The notes under the pieces were generated by a model. The model was not told the DNA's origin, did no database searches, and was given only the letters and a program-made list of their open reading frames with translations. Below, piece by piece: positions 43,518 through 58,304 of a stretch of 64,000 bases of DNA. Where the stretch lies: NCBI RefSeq assembly GCF_009914755.1, contig NC_060937.1; one strand, given 5' to 3'. The DNA comes from the human T2T-CHM13v2.0 reference genome, Homo sapiens. Numbering within the stretch: position 1 is the stretch's first letter; each line of letters starts with the position of its first letter. The position numbers and the translations under genes are program-made.

Positions 43518-46227
43518 GATTTTGGTACCAGTAGTGGTTCTAGAGAAACAGAATATTAAGGATGGAGTTCTTTCATTGGTTTTGGGGTTTGTGAGTTGGT
43601 TACCTAATATGATTAGACCCAAAAATGCTAAGGACTCTATTTATAATAGTATGGAGAACACTGATAGTCCTTGGCATGAACTGTTTAGAGAGTTATGCAA
43701 AATAAAATAAATGCATTTGACACTCCAGATTCACCACTTGTGAGAGGCAAGCAGTTTAGTCATCTATACATAGTACCTTTGACCATATGTGGAGAACCAA
43801 GGAATATAATAAAGCTGGTTGGTTGCTCCTAAGTTCAGTGGACAAGTGATGGAAAAAATGATGAATGCAGATTATAACTCCCAGCTTCAGAATCAGATAC
43901 TGAGCATTAAATCTGCTAAGATTGCCCTGAGTGAGATTCTTATCTTCTGCAGAGAAAGAGCTGAAATTGTGGAAAAACAGACATAAGCTCTTATCATGCA
44001 AGTGGCTGACCTGCAAAGAAAGGTGCATCCACAGCCTTGCCAGGTGTCTACTGTTAAAGTGAGGATACTGATTGAAAAAGAATGGGACCCTGCAACTTAG
44101 AATGGGGATGTGTGGGAGGACTCTGATGAATCTGGGGACACTGATGAACCTTTTTTGCCAGAAGGAACAGCTATACTATCACCAGTAGTGACAACATCCC
44201 TTCCCTGACCCATGCAGCCATCAGCCTTTCTAGCTTTGTCTGAGGAGATAAACCTTGCACTGCCTGAGGCAACAGTGATGGCCTCCCCTGAGGCAGTTGC
44301 CAGGCAAAATAATGTTGGTTCTTCTCATGAGCCACCTCGAACACTCATTTGGTTCTAGACCTATAACTAGACTAAAGTCCCAGTGGGTCCCTAGAGGTGA
44401 GGTTGACCCATGAGGAGATGTACTACACTCAAAAAGAACTGCTTGAGTTTTCTAATTTATAAACAGAAATCTGGAGAACATGCATGAGAATGGATATTAA
44501 GGGTGTGGCATAATGGTGGAAGAAATATAGAATTGGATCAGGCTGAATTCATTGATTTGGGCCCACTAAGTAGGGACTCTGCATTTAACGTTCCAGCTCA
44601 TCGAATTAAAAAAGATTATAAGAGTTTATTTGTTTGGTTAGCTGAAATATGGATTAAAGGATGGCTTACTGTGAGTGAGCTGTAAATGCCTGATCTCCCT
44701 TGGTTTAAGGTCGAGAAATTGATCAAAAGGCTTAGGGAGTTTGGAATGGTGGAGTGGATTAGTCACTTTAGACCTACTCATCCCAGCTGGAAGGGTCCAG
44801 AAAATATACTCTTGACCAATGCCTTGCAAAATAGATTCGTGAGGGCAGCACCTGTGTCTTTGAAGAGCCCTGTAACAGCTCTTCTCTGTATGTCAGATCT
44901 AAGAGTAAGAACTGCAGTCACTCAACTATAAAATTTAAATACAATGGGAATAATTAGATCCCAAGGTGGCAGGAGCCAAGTGGCAGCACTCAAACATCTA
45001 AGGCAAGGTGGGCATGGCTACTGTAATGGTCAGCAAAGACAAAGCAGCAATAGGAATAGTCTGACTTGTGTAGAGCTCTGGCATTGGCTAATTAATATGC
45101 TGTTCCTAGAAGTAAAATTGTTAGGAAGCCTACTGCATTCCTACTTACAATATATATGAAGAGAAACTTCTAGGTTAAATGGACAGAAGACTGATTTGAA
45201 TTAAGAAAACAGAGAATCAAAGCCCCTCAATTAACTTCCAGACTTGAGGCAGTTTACAGACCCACAGCCCATTGAATGAAGGGGAGGCTGGATCCCCTTG
45301 AGGAAGGACCCCACTACATTACCAACAATTTATGCAGTGAATTGTTCTCCTATCCTTCCCCAAGGAGACCTCTGGCCTTTTACCAGGGTAACTGTGCACT
45401 GGAGAAAGGGAAATGATCAGACATTTTGGGGACTACTGGACACTGGCTCTGAGCTGATGTTGATTCCAGGGGAGCCAACAATTATTCCATTAAGCTGGAA
45501 GTTAAGATTGCCACCTGGATAGTTTGGGCTCCTCCTACCTTGAAGTCAGCAGGCTAAGAAGGGAGTTACAGTGTTGGCCAGGACTATTGATCCAGACTAT
45601 CAAGATGAAATCAGTCTACTACTCCATAACGGAGGTAAGGAAAAGTATTCATGTAATACAGAAAATCCATTAAGGCATCTGTTAGTATTACCATGCCCTG
45701 TGATTAAGGTCAATGGGAAACCACAACAGCTCAATCCAGGCAGGACTACAAATGGTCCACACCCTCAGGAAGGAAGGTTTGGGTCACTCCACCAGGAAAA
45801 AATCAACGACCTGCTGAGGTGCTTTCTGAAGGCAAAGGGAATATAGAATGAATAGTAGAAGAAGGTAGTCATCAATACCAGCTACGATCATGTGATCAGC
45901 TCCAGAAACAAAGAATGTAACTGTCATGAGTATTTCCATCTTTTGTTAAAAACATGTTTGTGCGTGTATACACTTGTACTGAGAAAATATCTTCATTTTA
46001 TTTCCTTTCCGTTTATCATGTGACAGAAGATTTATTGACTTCATATCAGCATTTAAGTATTGTTAACTTTATGTAATAGTATTTGGGTTGGGGATTGGTG
46101 TGTTTTGGGTTGTACAAAGGATAGTTACATTATATTAGGCATAATTATGACCTCATTATTGTCTTTATTCGAAGATTATGTATGATCTCAGGAGATGTGT
46201 ATGGGTTCAAGTAGACAAGGGTAGACT
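43518..46227 (+). pseudogene. HERV-L internal region: disrupted gag, protease start and dUTPase; pol deleted
   Basis: gag fragments 'WHNGGRNIELDQAEFIDLGPLSRDS'; protease motif 'LLDTGSE' (ORF 45298..45522) runs directly into dUTPase-like 'IIPLSWKLRLPPG' and 'TIDPDYQDEI'; many stop codons. Confidence 0.9.
43523..43540 (+). other. Primer-binding site (tRNA-Leu-like)
   Basis: TGGTACCAGTAGTGGTTC just downstream of the 5' LTR, near-complementary to a tRNA-Leu 3' end (...CCACUCCUGGUACCA). Confidence 0.65.
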
Positions 46228-47249
46228 TGTGATGGTTAATACGGAGTGTCAACTTAATTGGATTGAAGGATACAAAGTATTGATCCTGGGTGTATCTGTG
46301 TGAGTGTTGCCAAAGGAGATTAACATTTGAGTCAGTGGGCTGGGGAAGGCAGACCTACCCTTAATCTGGTGGGCACAATCTACTCAGCTGCCAGCAAATA
46401 TAAAGACAGAAGAAAAAGGTGAAAAGGCAAGACTGGCCTAGCCTCCTAGCCTACATCTTTCTCCTGGGCTGGATGCTTTTTGCCCTTGAACACTGGATTC
46501 CAAGTTTTCAGTTTTAAGACTCTGACTGGCTCTCCTTATTCATCAAGCTTGCAGACAGCCCATTGTGGGATCTTGTGATAGTGTAAGTTAATATTTAATA
46601 AACTCACCTATATGTATATATATATAGAGAGAGGAGATATATATATGTGTTTGTGTGTGTGTACATATATATATATACTGATGAGTATATATATATATAT
46701 ACTGATGAGTATATATATATATATACTGAGTATATATATATATACTGATGAGTATATATATATATATATACTGATGAGTATATATATATATATATATACT
46801 GATGAGTATATATATATATATACTGATGAGTATATATATATATATATACTGATGAGTATATATATATATATATACTGATGAGTATATATATATATATATA
46901 CTGATGAGTATATATATATAGATGAGTATATATATATACTGATGAGTATATATATATAGATGAGTATATATATATACTGATGAGTATGTATATATATATA
47001 CTGATGAGTATATATATATATATATACTGATGAGTATATATATATATATATACTGATGAGTATACATATATATACTGATGAGTATATATATAATGAGTAT
47101 ATATATACTGACGAGTGTATATATATATATACACTAATAGGATATACATATCTCTATATATAATATATATATACTAATAGGATATCTATATCTCATATAT
47201 ATGAGATATATATATAATTCTCTCCCTCTAGGGAACCCTGACTAATACA
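46228..47249 (+). mobile_element. HERV-L 3' LTR (MLT2A2-like) expanded by a minisatellite
   Basis: Direct repeat of the 5' LTR; provirus flanked by AACTT/AACTC (5-bp TSD, 1 mismatch). Confidence 0.93.
46665..47125. repeat. Minisatellite [CTGATGAG(TA)n], ~20 units
   Basis: Directly visible; unit length ~15-28 bp, varying mainly with (TA)n length. Confidence 0.97.
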
Positions 47250-48809
47250 AACTCTTTTCCTTTCTATGGAAGTTTAGAAGATACTTGTTCATCATTCTGG
47301 ATAAAATTGGGGAGACATCTATATGGGCCTTAGTGAATAAATATTTTATATAAAATGTATTTAAGATAAAAATACAAAATGTAAGAGAATGTAGCAAATA
47401 TATTAAAATAAAAATTCAAATAGCAAATATATAATTATACAATATAAGTAATTTTACAATATTTAGTGAATGACTTGAGTTAGTATAATTTATTATAAGT
47501 ATGCTTAATCAAGTATACTGATCCCACGCATTAAACTTGAAAATGGCAGACAAAATCCCAGATAAAGACTTTTTATGATGATCTTTCCAAATTCCTGAAT
47601 ATCACAATTGACTGGAAATGTTTACATGAGTAAATAAAACACTTTTCACCACCATTACAATATTAGCAATGATTAAAGTTATGTTATGAAAACTATATCT
47701 TTTTAATTTTATTGACTTCTAATGTTAAAAATGCAATTTGCTTTCAGTTGAATATTTCTAAATATTAAAAAACAATAAAGAAGCCCTAATTTGCAGAATG
47801 ATAGAGCAACTCTGTAGCTAGCTTGTGTGCCACTAAATAGGTAAATTAATCCACAGAGAAAAGTATACCATACCTAGAAAAATAGAGATTCAAGTGTATA
47901 TACCCTAGAGCTGTGCCCAGAAGGGAGAATTATACACCTCGTTCATCCTCCATCTTCTTTACTGCCATACTTCAGCCGTCAGTGGCTTGTTTCTAATGTG
48001 CTAAGGCATTAACTACAAATCACTGCACAGGTTTTTTTTTTTTTTAATCCACCATATGCTGTTGTGCTCTCTTCCGATAACTATTGACGTCAGTCTGTGA
48101 GAATAAGCTCATCCTTGGCCAGGTTCAGCATATTTTGGCAGGACAGTGTGTGGTAAATATCACTCTTGCTTGCTACCTGCAATGAACACAAGATGTGCAA
48201 TCTGAACGTACTTCAATAGTGACATCCTATAAGGATGGTCAAAAGAGGCTGCTGATAGCCAGCGAAGACAGAGTCAGGAATTCCAGGCACTCCAGAAACT
48301 GGCCCTCCAGCCCAAGGATGGGTATCAGTTTCCTATTGCAGCTAGGGGATATATTTATCAGGAAGTCTGGAATAGAAAGCTATAATAGTATAGAAAAATG
48401 CCATGCCACATTCTAGTCCAGGTAGAAACTATAGAAATTTCTGGTTCACATAAGAGAGACTACGTTAAGTTGTAAAAACTGTTAAACTGTAAAAAGAACC
48501 TTAAAATCAATAGAAACTTAACAATTATTTATTACCTCAAGGTTAAGTAAAATTCAAAGAATGAGAAACTAGACCAATTTGGATTCAAATAATCAGATCT
48601 ACACTTTTTTAATGATGAAATGCAGTGACTCCAAATCTAATCCTCATACTCCCTATCCTCTAAAAAAGAAAACAATAACTACCTCAGAGTAGAGCAGATA
48701 ACAATATGAATCAATAAAAGCAATTAAATTCACAAAAATGTATATCGCAATATAATGTATCATAGCAAATATTTTAAAACGGTCCATTTGAACAATAATA
48801 TGGTAATAA

Positions 48810-48976
48810 AATGATTTCCAAAGTGTGGTCCCCAATTCAGCAGCATCAACATCAAGTAAAGGCACATTTCGAGAAGTCAGACTACTGAAACAGAAACTCT
48901 GAGAGGAGAGCCCGACAATCTGTTTTAACAAGCCCTTCAGTTGATTCTGACGCATGCTAATGTTTGAGAACCACTG
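48810..48976. mobile_element. MER5A MITE
   Basis: 'ttccaaagtgtggtcccc...cagcagcatc...cagaaactctg...ttttaacaagccc...gtttgagaaccactg'. Confidence 0.85.
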
Positions 48977-50630
48977 GTTTAGTGAACTACAAAGCTTACA
49001 TTCATTTTTTTGTGCTGCTAAAATGAACATTGTGATGACTATGCAGATCCAAGCAATACCCTATTAAATATAACTATAAATAAAATTATACGAAGTTGTA
49101 TGGATATGATAAAGGAATTATTACATAATTATGCAAATAGGTAAAGCCTTACATTGGAGGTCTAGTGAAATAATCTATCTTCATATACTGATTGAAATAG
49201 ATTTTTAGAGTTTGAATTTTTCTACATTTATAAAAGATAGCCAATCAAAGTTATCACAATCTAAGAAAAGAACTTAATTGAATACATACAAATGTAACAA
49301 TGAAAGACTTAATTTTTTGTGTTCATAGAAAAAGAACTTTTCTCTTTAAGAGAACTAATACATGCTTAATAACAGGAATTTTTATGGGTAGATGTTTGTT
49401 CTGTTATATTTTCATCCTTGCCCATCAAACATATCTTAGAAAATATTTTGTTTTATTTATAGTCACTATCAAAAACATACATAAAGACTGTAACCAGGAT
49501 AACAAGGAAGGGAGAAGGCACATTTTATTTTTAAGAAAGACCTTTATTCCATTTGACTGGTCCCCCAAAATATGTATTTTTATAGTAATACTTTGATCAC
49601 TGAAATTTGACATTTCTCCAGTCTTTCTTATTTAAAATAATTAGCAAGTCACTTAAATTTTTAAATACAAATATAACTGTAACACACATTTCTATAACTA
49701 GAATAAGTAGGAAAAACCTAAAATCATAGTTTTTATTTACATGACATTGTTTCATTTTTATCTATTCATGAATTAATTTCTGTAAGGGGGATATAAGTAT
49801 AGCATTAGAGGGATTAGAGTCAACAAAGATGGGCTCTACTGGTTTGCTCAGAAAATTCTTAAAGCCTCAATCTTTAAGGCTGAAAAGTAATCATGAAACT
49901 ACAAAAAGTTATACAATAAAATTGTTTCTTATTTTTGATTGAATTGAGTGACAAACATATTTTTAAAATCAAAGAAATTACAGGTTAGATAAAATTAAAT
50001 AAAAGAAATTGAATCATAAGTAAGCTTAAACTTCAAGTATTGTTCCTTTTTCAACACTAATCTCATGAGTATTTATCAATGACTAAAAAGCATACTTAAG
50101 ATAAAAAGAAATGGAATCTTTTACAATAGGATGATTTCCACTCTGAATTAGAAACTTGGATCATTACCTTAAGATTATAGTTTGCACTTAGTATAAATAG
50201 AATGTGATGGGCCTCTGCCATCCTTTGAATTCAGGAGAAACACTGCACAATGATAAGTGCAGTGAGCAGTACAGGGACTTTCTATTACAGCAGCTCAGTT
50301 GTACAAAGGACTTTTTAAAAATGACTAGCAGATAAAGCTGTTCATTTGTGAATAGGACATTATCATCTACTGAATAACTGAATTTAAGATCATTTATCAC
50401 TGTCAGTCTCTGAAATCTTTTTCACAATGAGAAAGATATGTAATTACTGAATAATTTGAAATAATTTTAAAAGGCAACATTACAAACTGCTTAAGAATGC
50501 CATTCTATTTACGTTAACAATGCAATGCACTATTTGGATTTCTAACTGACTTCTGACATGTTTTATACTATTTTCCCATGTTTTAACTGTAAGAGAACCT
50601 TGGTTTCTTATAGAAACTTAGCTTATTCCT

Positions 50631-51000
<370 letters not shown>

Positions 51001-51175
51001 CTATGAGAGCAATTACTTTTTTACCAATACTGGTCACTATTTATAATAGAACACAGGTTTGTTTTCTGAAATTAGATCAGACCATCCCTCATGTCAGACA
51101 CATTCTCTTTTGAGTTATTTCTTAATCTTTTTACTTAGTCCTCCAAATCATACATGAGGTTACACCAGTTTGCTT

Positions 51176-51671
51176 TGTAAAGGACTGAATAGTCTAAAGT
51201 TTTCCCTCAGCTTGAATAAACGTTTCTTCCTGACTATATAGCCTCTTGACCTCCCTTTATTTTGGAGCATTCACTTTAGAATACTTGGAATTGTAAATTT
51301 TTTTCTGCCCTTGGGGGAAGATATAAATCTTCTGCCAGCCTCTTGCCAGTTTTATTACCCATGAATGTCTTTCCCAAGGACCTGGGAGGTATCCTTTTGA
51401 AATGTAATCATGAAGAAAGATAGTACCCCTTCTCCTAGTCTATGCTGGTGAGTGGGAGCCTAATTGTTGTAACTATCACCTAGCAAACACAGATGGCATA
51501 ATCACATCAGCCAACTACCCTCCTAACAGCCTTTCACTAGATTAGCTCATCCCTGTGCTTAAAAACTCTCCTGCTTTTTGTTTCAACAGAGTTTATATCA
51601 ATCTATCTCTTATAATAGTCTTAAATAAAGTCTTCCTTACCCACTAAACCTGACCAGTGCAATTTCCAACA
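51176..51671 (+). mobile_element. MER67/MER31-family ERV1 LTR
   Basis: 'tcagcttga...gtttcttcctgactata...gacctccc...gagcattcactttagaa...aataaagtcttccttac...caaca'. Confidence 0.65.
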
Positions 51672-51821
51672 CTGGTAAACTTAGATGTTATATGATTTAT
51701 ATAAAGAGCTATAATTTTTTCACAATTTAAGTAATATATTTGAATATTATTTATTTAAAATTAAAAGATTAATTCTAAAAACAAAAAAACATTAATTCAC
51801 AAACAAAATTGGTATATTTCT

Positions 51822-52108
<287 letters not shown>

Positions 52109-52823
52109 GCTGTATTTCTTATAAGAGAACACGTACAAACTTCTGAATTTTTTCAAACTTTTTGAATTTGTGAAGTGTTGGGAAAAGGATATTTCATGAA
52201 AATGAAAGCCAAAGAAGAGCAGGAGTAGTTGTACTTGCATCAGATAAAATAGACAAGTCAAAGACTGTCAAAATAGGCAGAAAGGTCACTAAATGACAAT
52301 AAAGGGGTTAATTCTTCAAAAGAATATAGTAACTATAAATATCTAGGTACCCAAAACAGAAGCATCCAAGTATATAAAGCAAATATTAATAGATTTAAAG
52401 GGAAAGACAGACCATAAAATGTAATAGTAGGAAACTTCAACACCTCACTTCTAGTATCATTCAGACAGAAAGTCCGCAAAGAAACATTGGAATTAAACTC
52501 CACACTAGACCAATGGGCTTCGGTGTTTCGTAATGCACATTCTTCTCAATATCACATGAAATAATCCTCTAAATATACACGTTATGCCACAAAACCAGCC
52601 TCAACGCATTCAAAAATCTCAAAATCTCAAGTATTTCTTTCTGACCATAATGGAATAAACTAGAAATTAATTACAAGAGGAGTGGTGGAAACTAAACAAA
52701 CTCATGAAAATTAAAAACTTGCTTCTGAACAATCAATGGGGTGATGAAAAAATTAAGAAAGAAATTTTAAAAATTTCTGAAACAAATGAACATGGGAGCA
52801 CCACATGTGAAAATCTATGAGAT

Positions 52824-53179
<356 letters not shown>

Positions 53180-53524
53180 TTATAGCAATAACACCTACGT
53201 AAAAACAATAAGTAGATTTCAAATAAACAATCTAACAATGTCCCTCAAGGAACTAGGAAAGCAAGAACAAATCAAACCCAAACTTAATAAAAGGGAAGAA
53301 ATAATAAATATCAGAGCATAAATAAATACAATTGAGACTAAAAAATACAAAATATCAACAAAATTAAAAGTTGGTTTTTTGAAAAGATAAAATTGACAAA
53401 CCTTTAGCTAGACTAAGAAACTAAGAGAAAAAGGAGGAAGATCTAAGTAGATAAATCAGAGATGAAAATGAAACATCACTGATGCCAGAGAAATATAAAG
53501 CATCACTAGAAATTACATTGAACA

Positions 53525-53881
53525 GGCCGGGTGCGGTGGCTCATAGCTGTAGTCCTAACAATTTGGGAAGCTAAGGTGGGTGGATGACTAGAGGTCAGGA
53601 GTTCGAAACCAGCCTGGCCAACATGGTGAAACCCCATCTCTACTAAAAGTACAAAAAAATTAGACAGGCATTGTGGCGAGTGCCTGTAATCCCAGCTATT
53701 TGGGAGGCAGGAGAATTGCTTAAACCCGGAAGGCAAAGTTGCAGTGAGCTAAGATCATGCCACTGCCCTTCAGCCTGGGCGACAGAGTGAGACTCACTTT
53801 CCAAAAAAAAAAAAAAAAAAAAGAAAGAAAGAAAGAAAGGAAGAGAGAGAGAGAGATAAATAAATAAATAAATAAATAAAT
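53525..53881 (+). mobile_element. AluS with compound tail A/(GAAA)n/(GA)n/(TAAA)n
   Basis: TSD AAATTACATTG[A/C]ACA. Confidence 0.96.
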
Positions 53882-55134
53882 AAATTACATTGCACAATTA
53901 TATGCTAACAAGTAGAAAAATCTAGAAGAAATGGATAAATTTCTAGATACATACAATCTATGAAGATTGAATCAGAAAGAAATAGAAAACCTGCACAAAG
54001 TAATAGAGAATAATGAAATTGAAGCCATAATAAAAATATCCCATCAAAAAATCCCAGGATCTGATGGCTTCACTGCTGAGTTCTACCAAACATTTAAAGA
54101 ACTAATACCAAATACTACTCAAACTCTTCAAAAAAATCTAAGGCGAAGAATATTTTCAAACTTGTTACACGTTTATATACATCATTTATATACCTCAATG
54201 GTGAACAATGAAAAAAATCATAATACTTAAGAATATATTTAACCAAAGAAATGATAAAAACTATAGAAGGAAAACTGTAAAACACACTGATTAAAGAAAT
54301 TAAAGTTTATACCAGAAATGGAAAAATATTCCATTCTCATGGATTGGAAGTATTATATTGTTAAAATGTCAATACTACCCAAAGAGATCTTGAGATTCAA
54401 TGCAATCTTTATCAGAATACTAATGACATTCTTCACAAAAATAGAAAAAAAAATCCTGAAGTATATACAAAACCTCAAAAAAACCTGAATAACTAAAGCA
54501 ATTCTGAGCAAAAAGAATGAAGCTGGAAGTATCACACTACCTGACTTCAAAATTTTCTACAAAGCTATATAAACCAAGTCATCATGGTACTGGCCTAAGA
54601 ACAGATACATAGACGATGGAACAGAATAGAGAACCAGAAATAAATTCATACATTTACAGCCAACTTATCTTGACACAGGCGCTAGGAACATACAGTAGGG
54701 AAAGGACAGACTCTTCAATAAATACTGCTAGTAAAACTGTATAGTCACATGCAGAAGCATGAAACTGATTCCTATTTCCACCATATAAAAAAATCAAATC
54801 AAAATGGATTAAAGACAAATGTAAGCCCTGGAACAAAGAAACTACTACAAGAAAACATTGAGGAAATGCACCAGGACACTGGTCTGGACAAAGAGTTTTT
54901 AAGTAAGACCTCAAAAGCACAGGCAGCAAAAGCAAAAATAGACTAATGAAATTGCATCAAGCTAAAAACCTTCTGTAAAGGAAAAGAAACATCAACAAAG
55001 TGAAGGGACGACCTGCAGAACGGAAGAAAGTATTCACAAACTATCCATCTGGTAGGAAATCCGTAACTGAAATATATGAGGAACTCAAGTCAGTAGCAAA
55101 AAACCCAAATAATTCAATTTAAAAATGGGCAAAA

Positions 55135-55809
55135 GAACTAAAAATAGATCTACCATTTGATCCAGCATTCTCACTGCTGCATATCTACCCAAAATAAATC
55201 ATTTATCAAAAGGATACCTGCAATTGTTTATCATAGCACTATTCACAATAGTAAATATATGGAATCAACCCAGGTGTCTATCAATGGATGACGTTTAGAA
55301 ATGTGATGTATGTATACATGTATGTTTTTAGAAATGTGATGTGTGTATATATATATACACACTACATATGTATGTAGTATATATATCATACAATATACAT
55401 GTAGTATATATTATACAATATATACTATATGTATTGCATATATTATACAATATACCCAGCCATGGAAAAAAAGAATTAAATTATGTCTTTTGAATCAACA
55501 TAGATGGAACTAGAGGCCATTATCCTAAGTAAAATAACTCAGAGACAGTCAGACACTGCATGTTCTCACTTATAATAATAAATAATGTGTAAACATGAAC
55601 ACAAAGAATGGAATAATATAAAATGGAGGCCTAGAAATGTGGGAAGTGGGAGGTGGGTGAGGAATGAGAAATTACTTAAAGGATAAAATGTACACTATTC
55701 GGGTGGTGCTTACATTAGAATCCCAAACTTCACCACTCTACAAGGTATCCATGTAACAAAACTGCACTTATACCTCCTAAATCTATTAAAACAAAACAAA
55801 ACAAACAAA
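55135..55809 (+). mobile_element. 5'-truncated L1MA (MA1-3-like) nested in the older L1
   Basis: Second L1 3' end with (AAAAC)n tail; TSD AAAAATGGGCAAAA (55121-55134 and 55827-55840). Confidence 0.85.
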
Positions 55810-57744
55810 GCGATTAATCGTTTTTAAAAAATGGGCAAAATATATGAATAGACATTTCTTAAAAAGAAGACATATAAATGGCCAACAGGTATGTGAAAAA
55901 ATATTCAACATCACTAATCAACAAAGAAAAGCAAATCAAAACTGCAAGGAGATACCATCTCATCCTACTTGAAATGACTTTTATCAAAAAGATAGATTAT
56001 GATGGATGCTCCAAGAATGTAGAGAAAAGGGAAATCTTGTACACTGTTGATGGAAATGTAAATTAGTAAAGCCAGTGTGAAAAAAATATGGAGGCTTTTC
56101 AATAAAACTAAACATAGAACCGCCGTATGATCTAGCAATCCCACTACTGGACATATATCCAGAAAAAAAGATTTCAATATATGAAGAAATACCTGCATTC
56201 ACGTGTTTATTGAGGCACTATTCACAATAGCCAAAATATAAACTCAACCTAATTGTCCATCAAAGGTTGAATGGGTAAAAAATGTGGTATATATACACAA
56301 TAGAATATTATTCAGCCATAGAAAAGAAGAAAATCCTATCATTCACAGAAGCATGGATGGAACTGGAGGTCACTGCAAGTGAAATAAGCCAAACACACAA
56401 AGACAAATATTGCATGTTCTCACTCATATGTGTAAGCGAAAAAAGAGGCCCTCATGAAAATAATAGATTGGAGATTATCAGAGGTCAGGAAATGTGTGAG
56501 TTGAGATGAAGAGAGTTTGATCAATTGATACAAAAATACAGTTAGAAGAAATAGGACTTAATGTTTGATATGTCTGTAGGGTGACTACAGTTAATAATAG
56601 TCTGCTGTGTACTTCAAAATAGCTAAAAGAGAAGAATACAAATGTTGCCAGTATAAAAAAGATAAATATTTGAGATGATAGATATTTCAATTACCCTGAT
56701 TTGACTATTACACATTGTATGCATGTAACAAAAATATTACATGTACATGTACCCCCCAAAATATGTACATCTATTATATATCAATTAAAAAGAATATTCA
56801 TGTAGAAAATGAAACTCAGCAATGTTGGAGTAGATAAAATAAACACAACACTTTAGGTTCTCTGCTTAAAATACGGCAAAAGAAATTTTTACAAGCAAAT
56901 CAAAATTATAAAAATTAATGCCATGAACCACCTAGATAGCAAGAAGTGCCTAAACTCAGAAAGCAGCAGTGAGAGTCAAATGTAAGGATACATAAAATAT
57001 TACATACAAGTTATGGTCACATGTGTATATTAAGAGTGGAAAAGAAAAGAATTAGATACAACTCAATTTCCAGTTTTTGCCACTGCAATTAAGGGAGACC
57101 TGTGAATAGAAACGGTGAGAGAAGTAAGCAGGACTGCAAGGAAATGAAGAAGAGAAAATAGTTCGGACAAGCTGAAAGATATCAAAATGGGAATATATGG
57201 GATGACATTAGAGAAGGAGAAATAGAAGTTTCAAAAAATAGCCAGTAAGAAAAATTATCAAAGCTTGAGCAGTAGCATTTAATAGGACAAAATGGCAGGG
57301 TGAAGGGAAGCAATAAGGAAAGAAGAAATGTAAGCAATATTACTGCTTTATATTTGTCATTAGTCTATAAACTTCTGTCAGTTTTCTCTCACTTATGTTC
57401 TTATTTTTTGATTAGATAATATGTTTTAAAATAACCCAAAACTTGAGGTGAACATCATATTATTTCCTCTATCCTCCTATTTTCTTCTGTATCTCAAAAC
57501 TATCCCCACAGATAACCCGTGGTTTCGTGCATTGCATATCCTTCCAGAATTTCCATTCTTAATGCAAAATTGTATTAGATACATATTATTTTTTGCCTTG
57601 CATTTTCACTTTAGTATATTTATTCAAGCACAAGATACACATTATTTAATATACTCACTCATTCCTTTCCTTTCTGGAGACACACAGCGGTCTACTGTGT
57701 AGCTACAACAAAATTTATTTAAACCCCCTAGTGGTGGAAACTAA

Positions 57745-58049
<305 letters not shown>

Positions 58050-58304
58050 TGTCTTTCTCCTTTTTAAATCCCTTTTCTACTCAGTTTTGCTTCTTATATC
58101 TTTCCTTTCCAATCATTATCTTTCAGAACAAAATAGAAAAATCTTATGAAAAAATAAATAAACCATCATGAAAAATTAGCCAGTAGTAAAATTACTAATG
58201 CCAAAAAAATTAAGAATATGCGAATTCAAAGAAGTTACTACTCTTTACTATACAATGTCATAACATTTATTATTAATTAGTTGCTTAACTTCTTTTTAAA
58301 CAAC

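Noticed and set aside
46678-47115. CTGATGAG equals the hammerhead ribozyme core (CUGAUGAG) and contains C/D-box words
   Set aside because: The array has no GAAA core partner, no three-way junction and no snoRNA guide sequence; coincidental
46665-47125. CRISPR-like repeat-spacer appearance
   Set aside because: The constant part is only 8 bp, the spacers are plain (TA)n rather than unique sequence, there are no cas genes, and the context is a primate LTR
46588-47149. Longest ORFs in the track (159 and 181 aa, Y/I-rich)
   Set aside because: Translations of the (TA)n minisatellite
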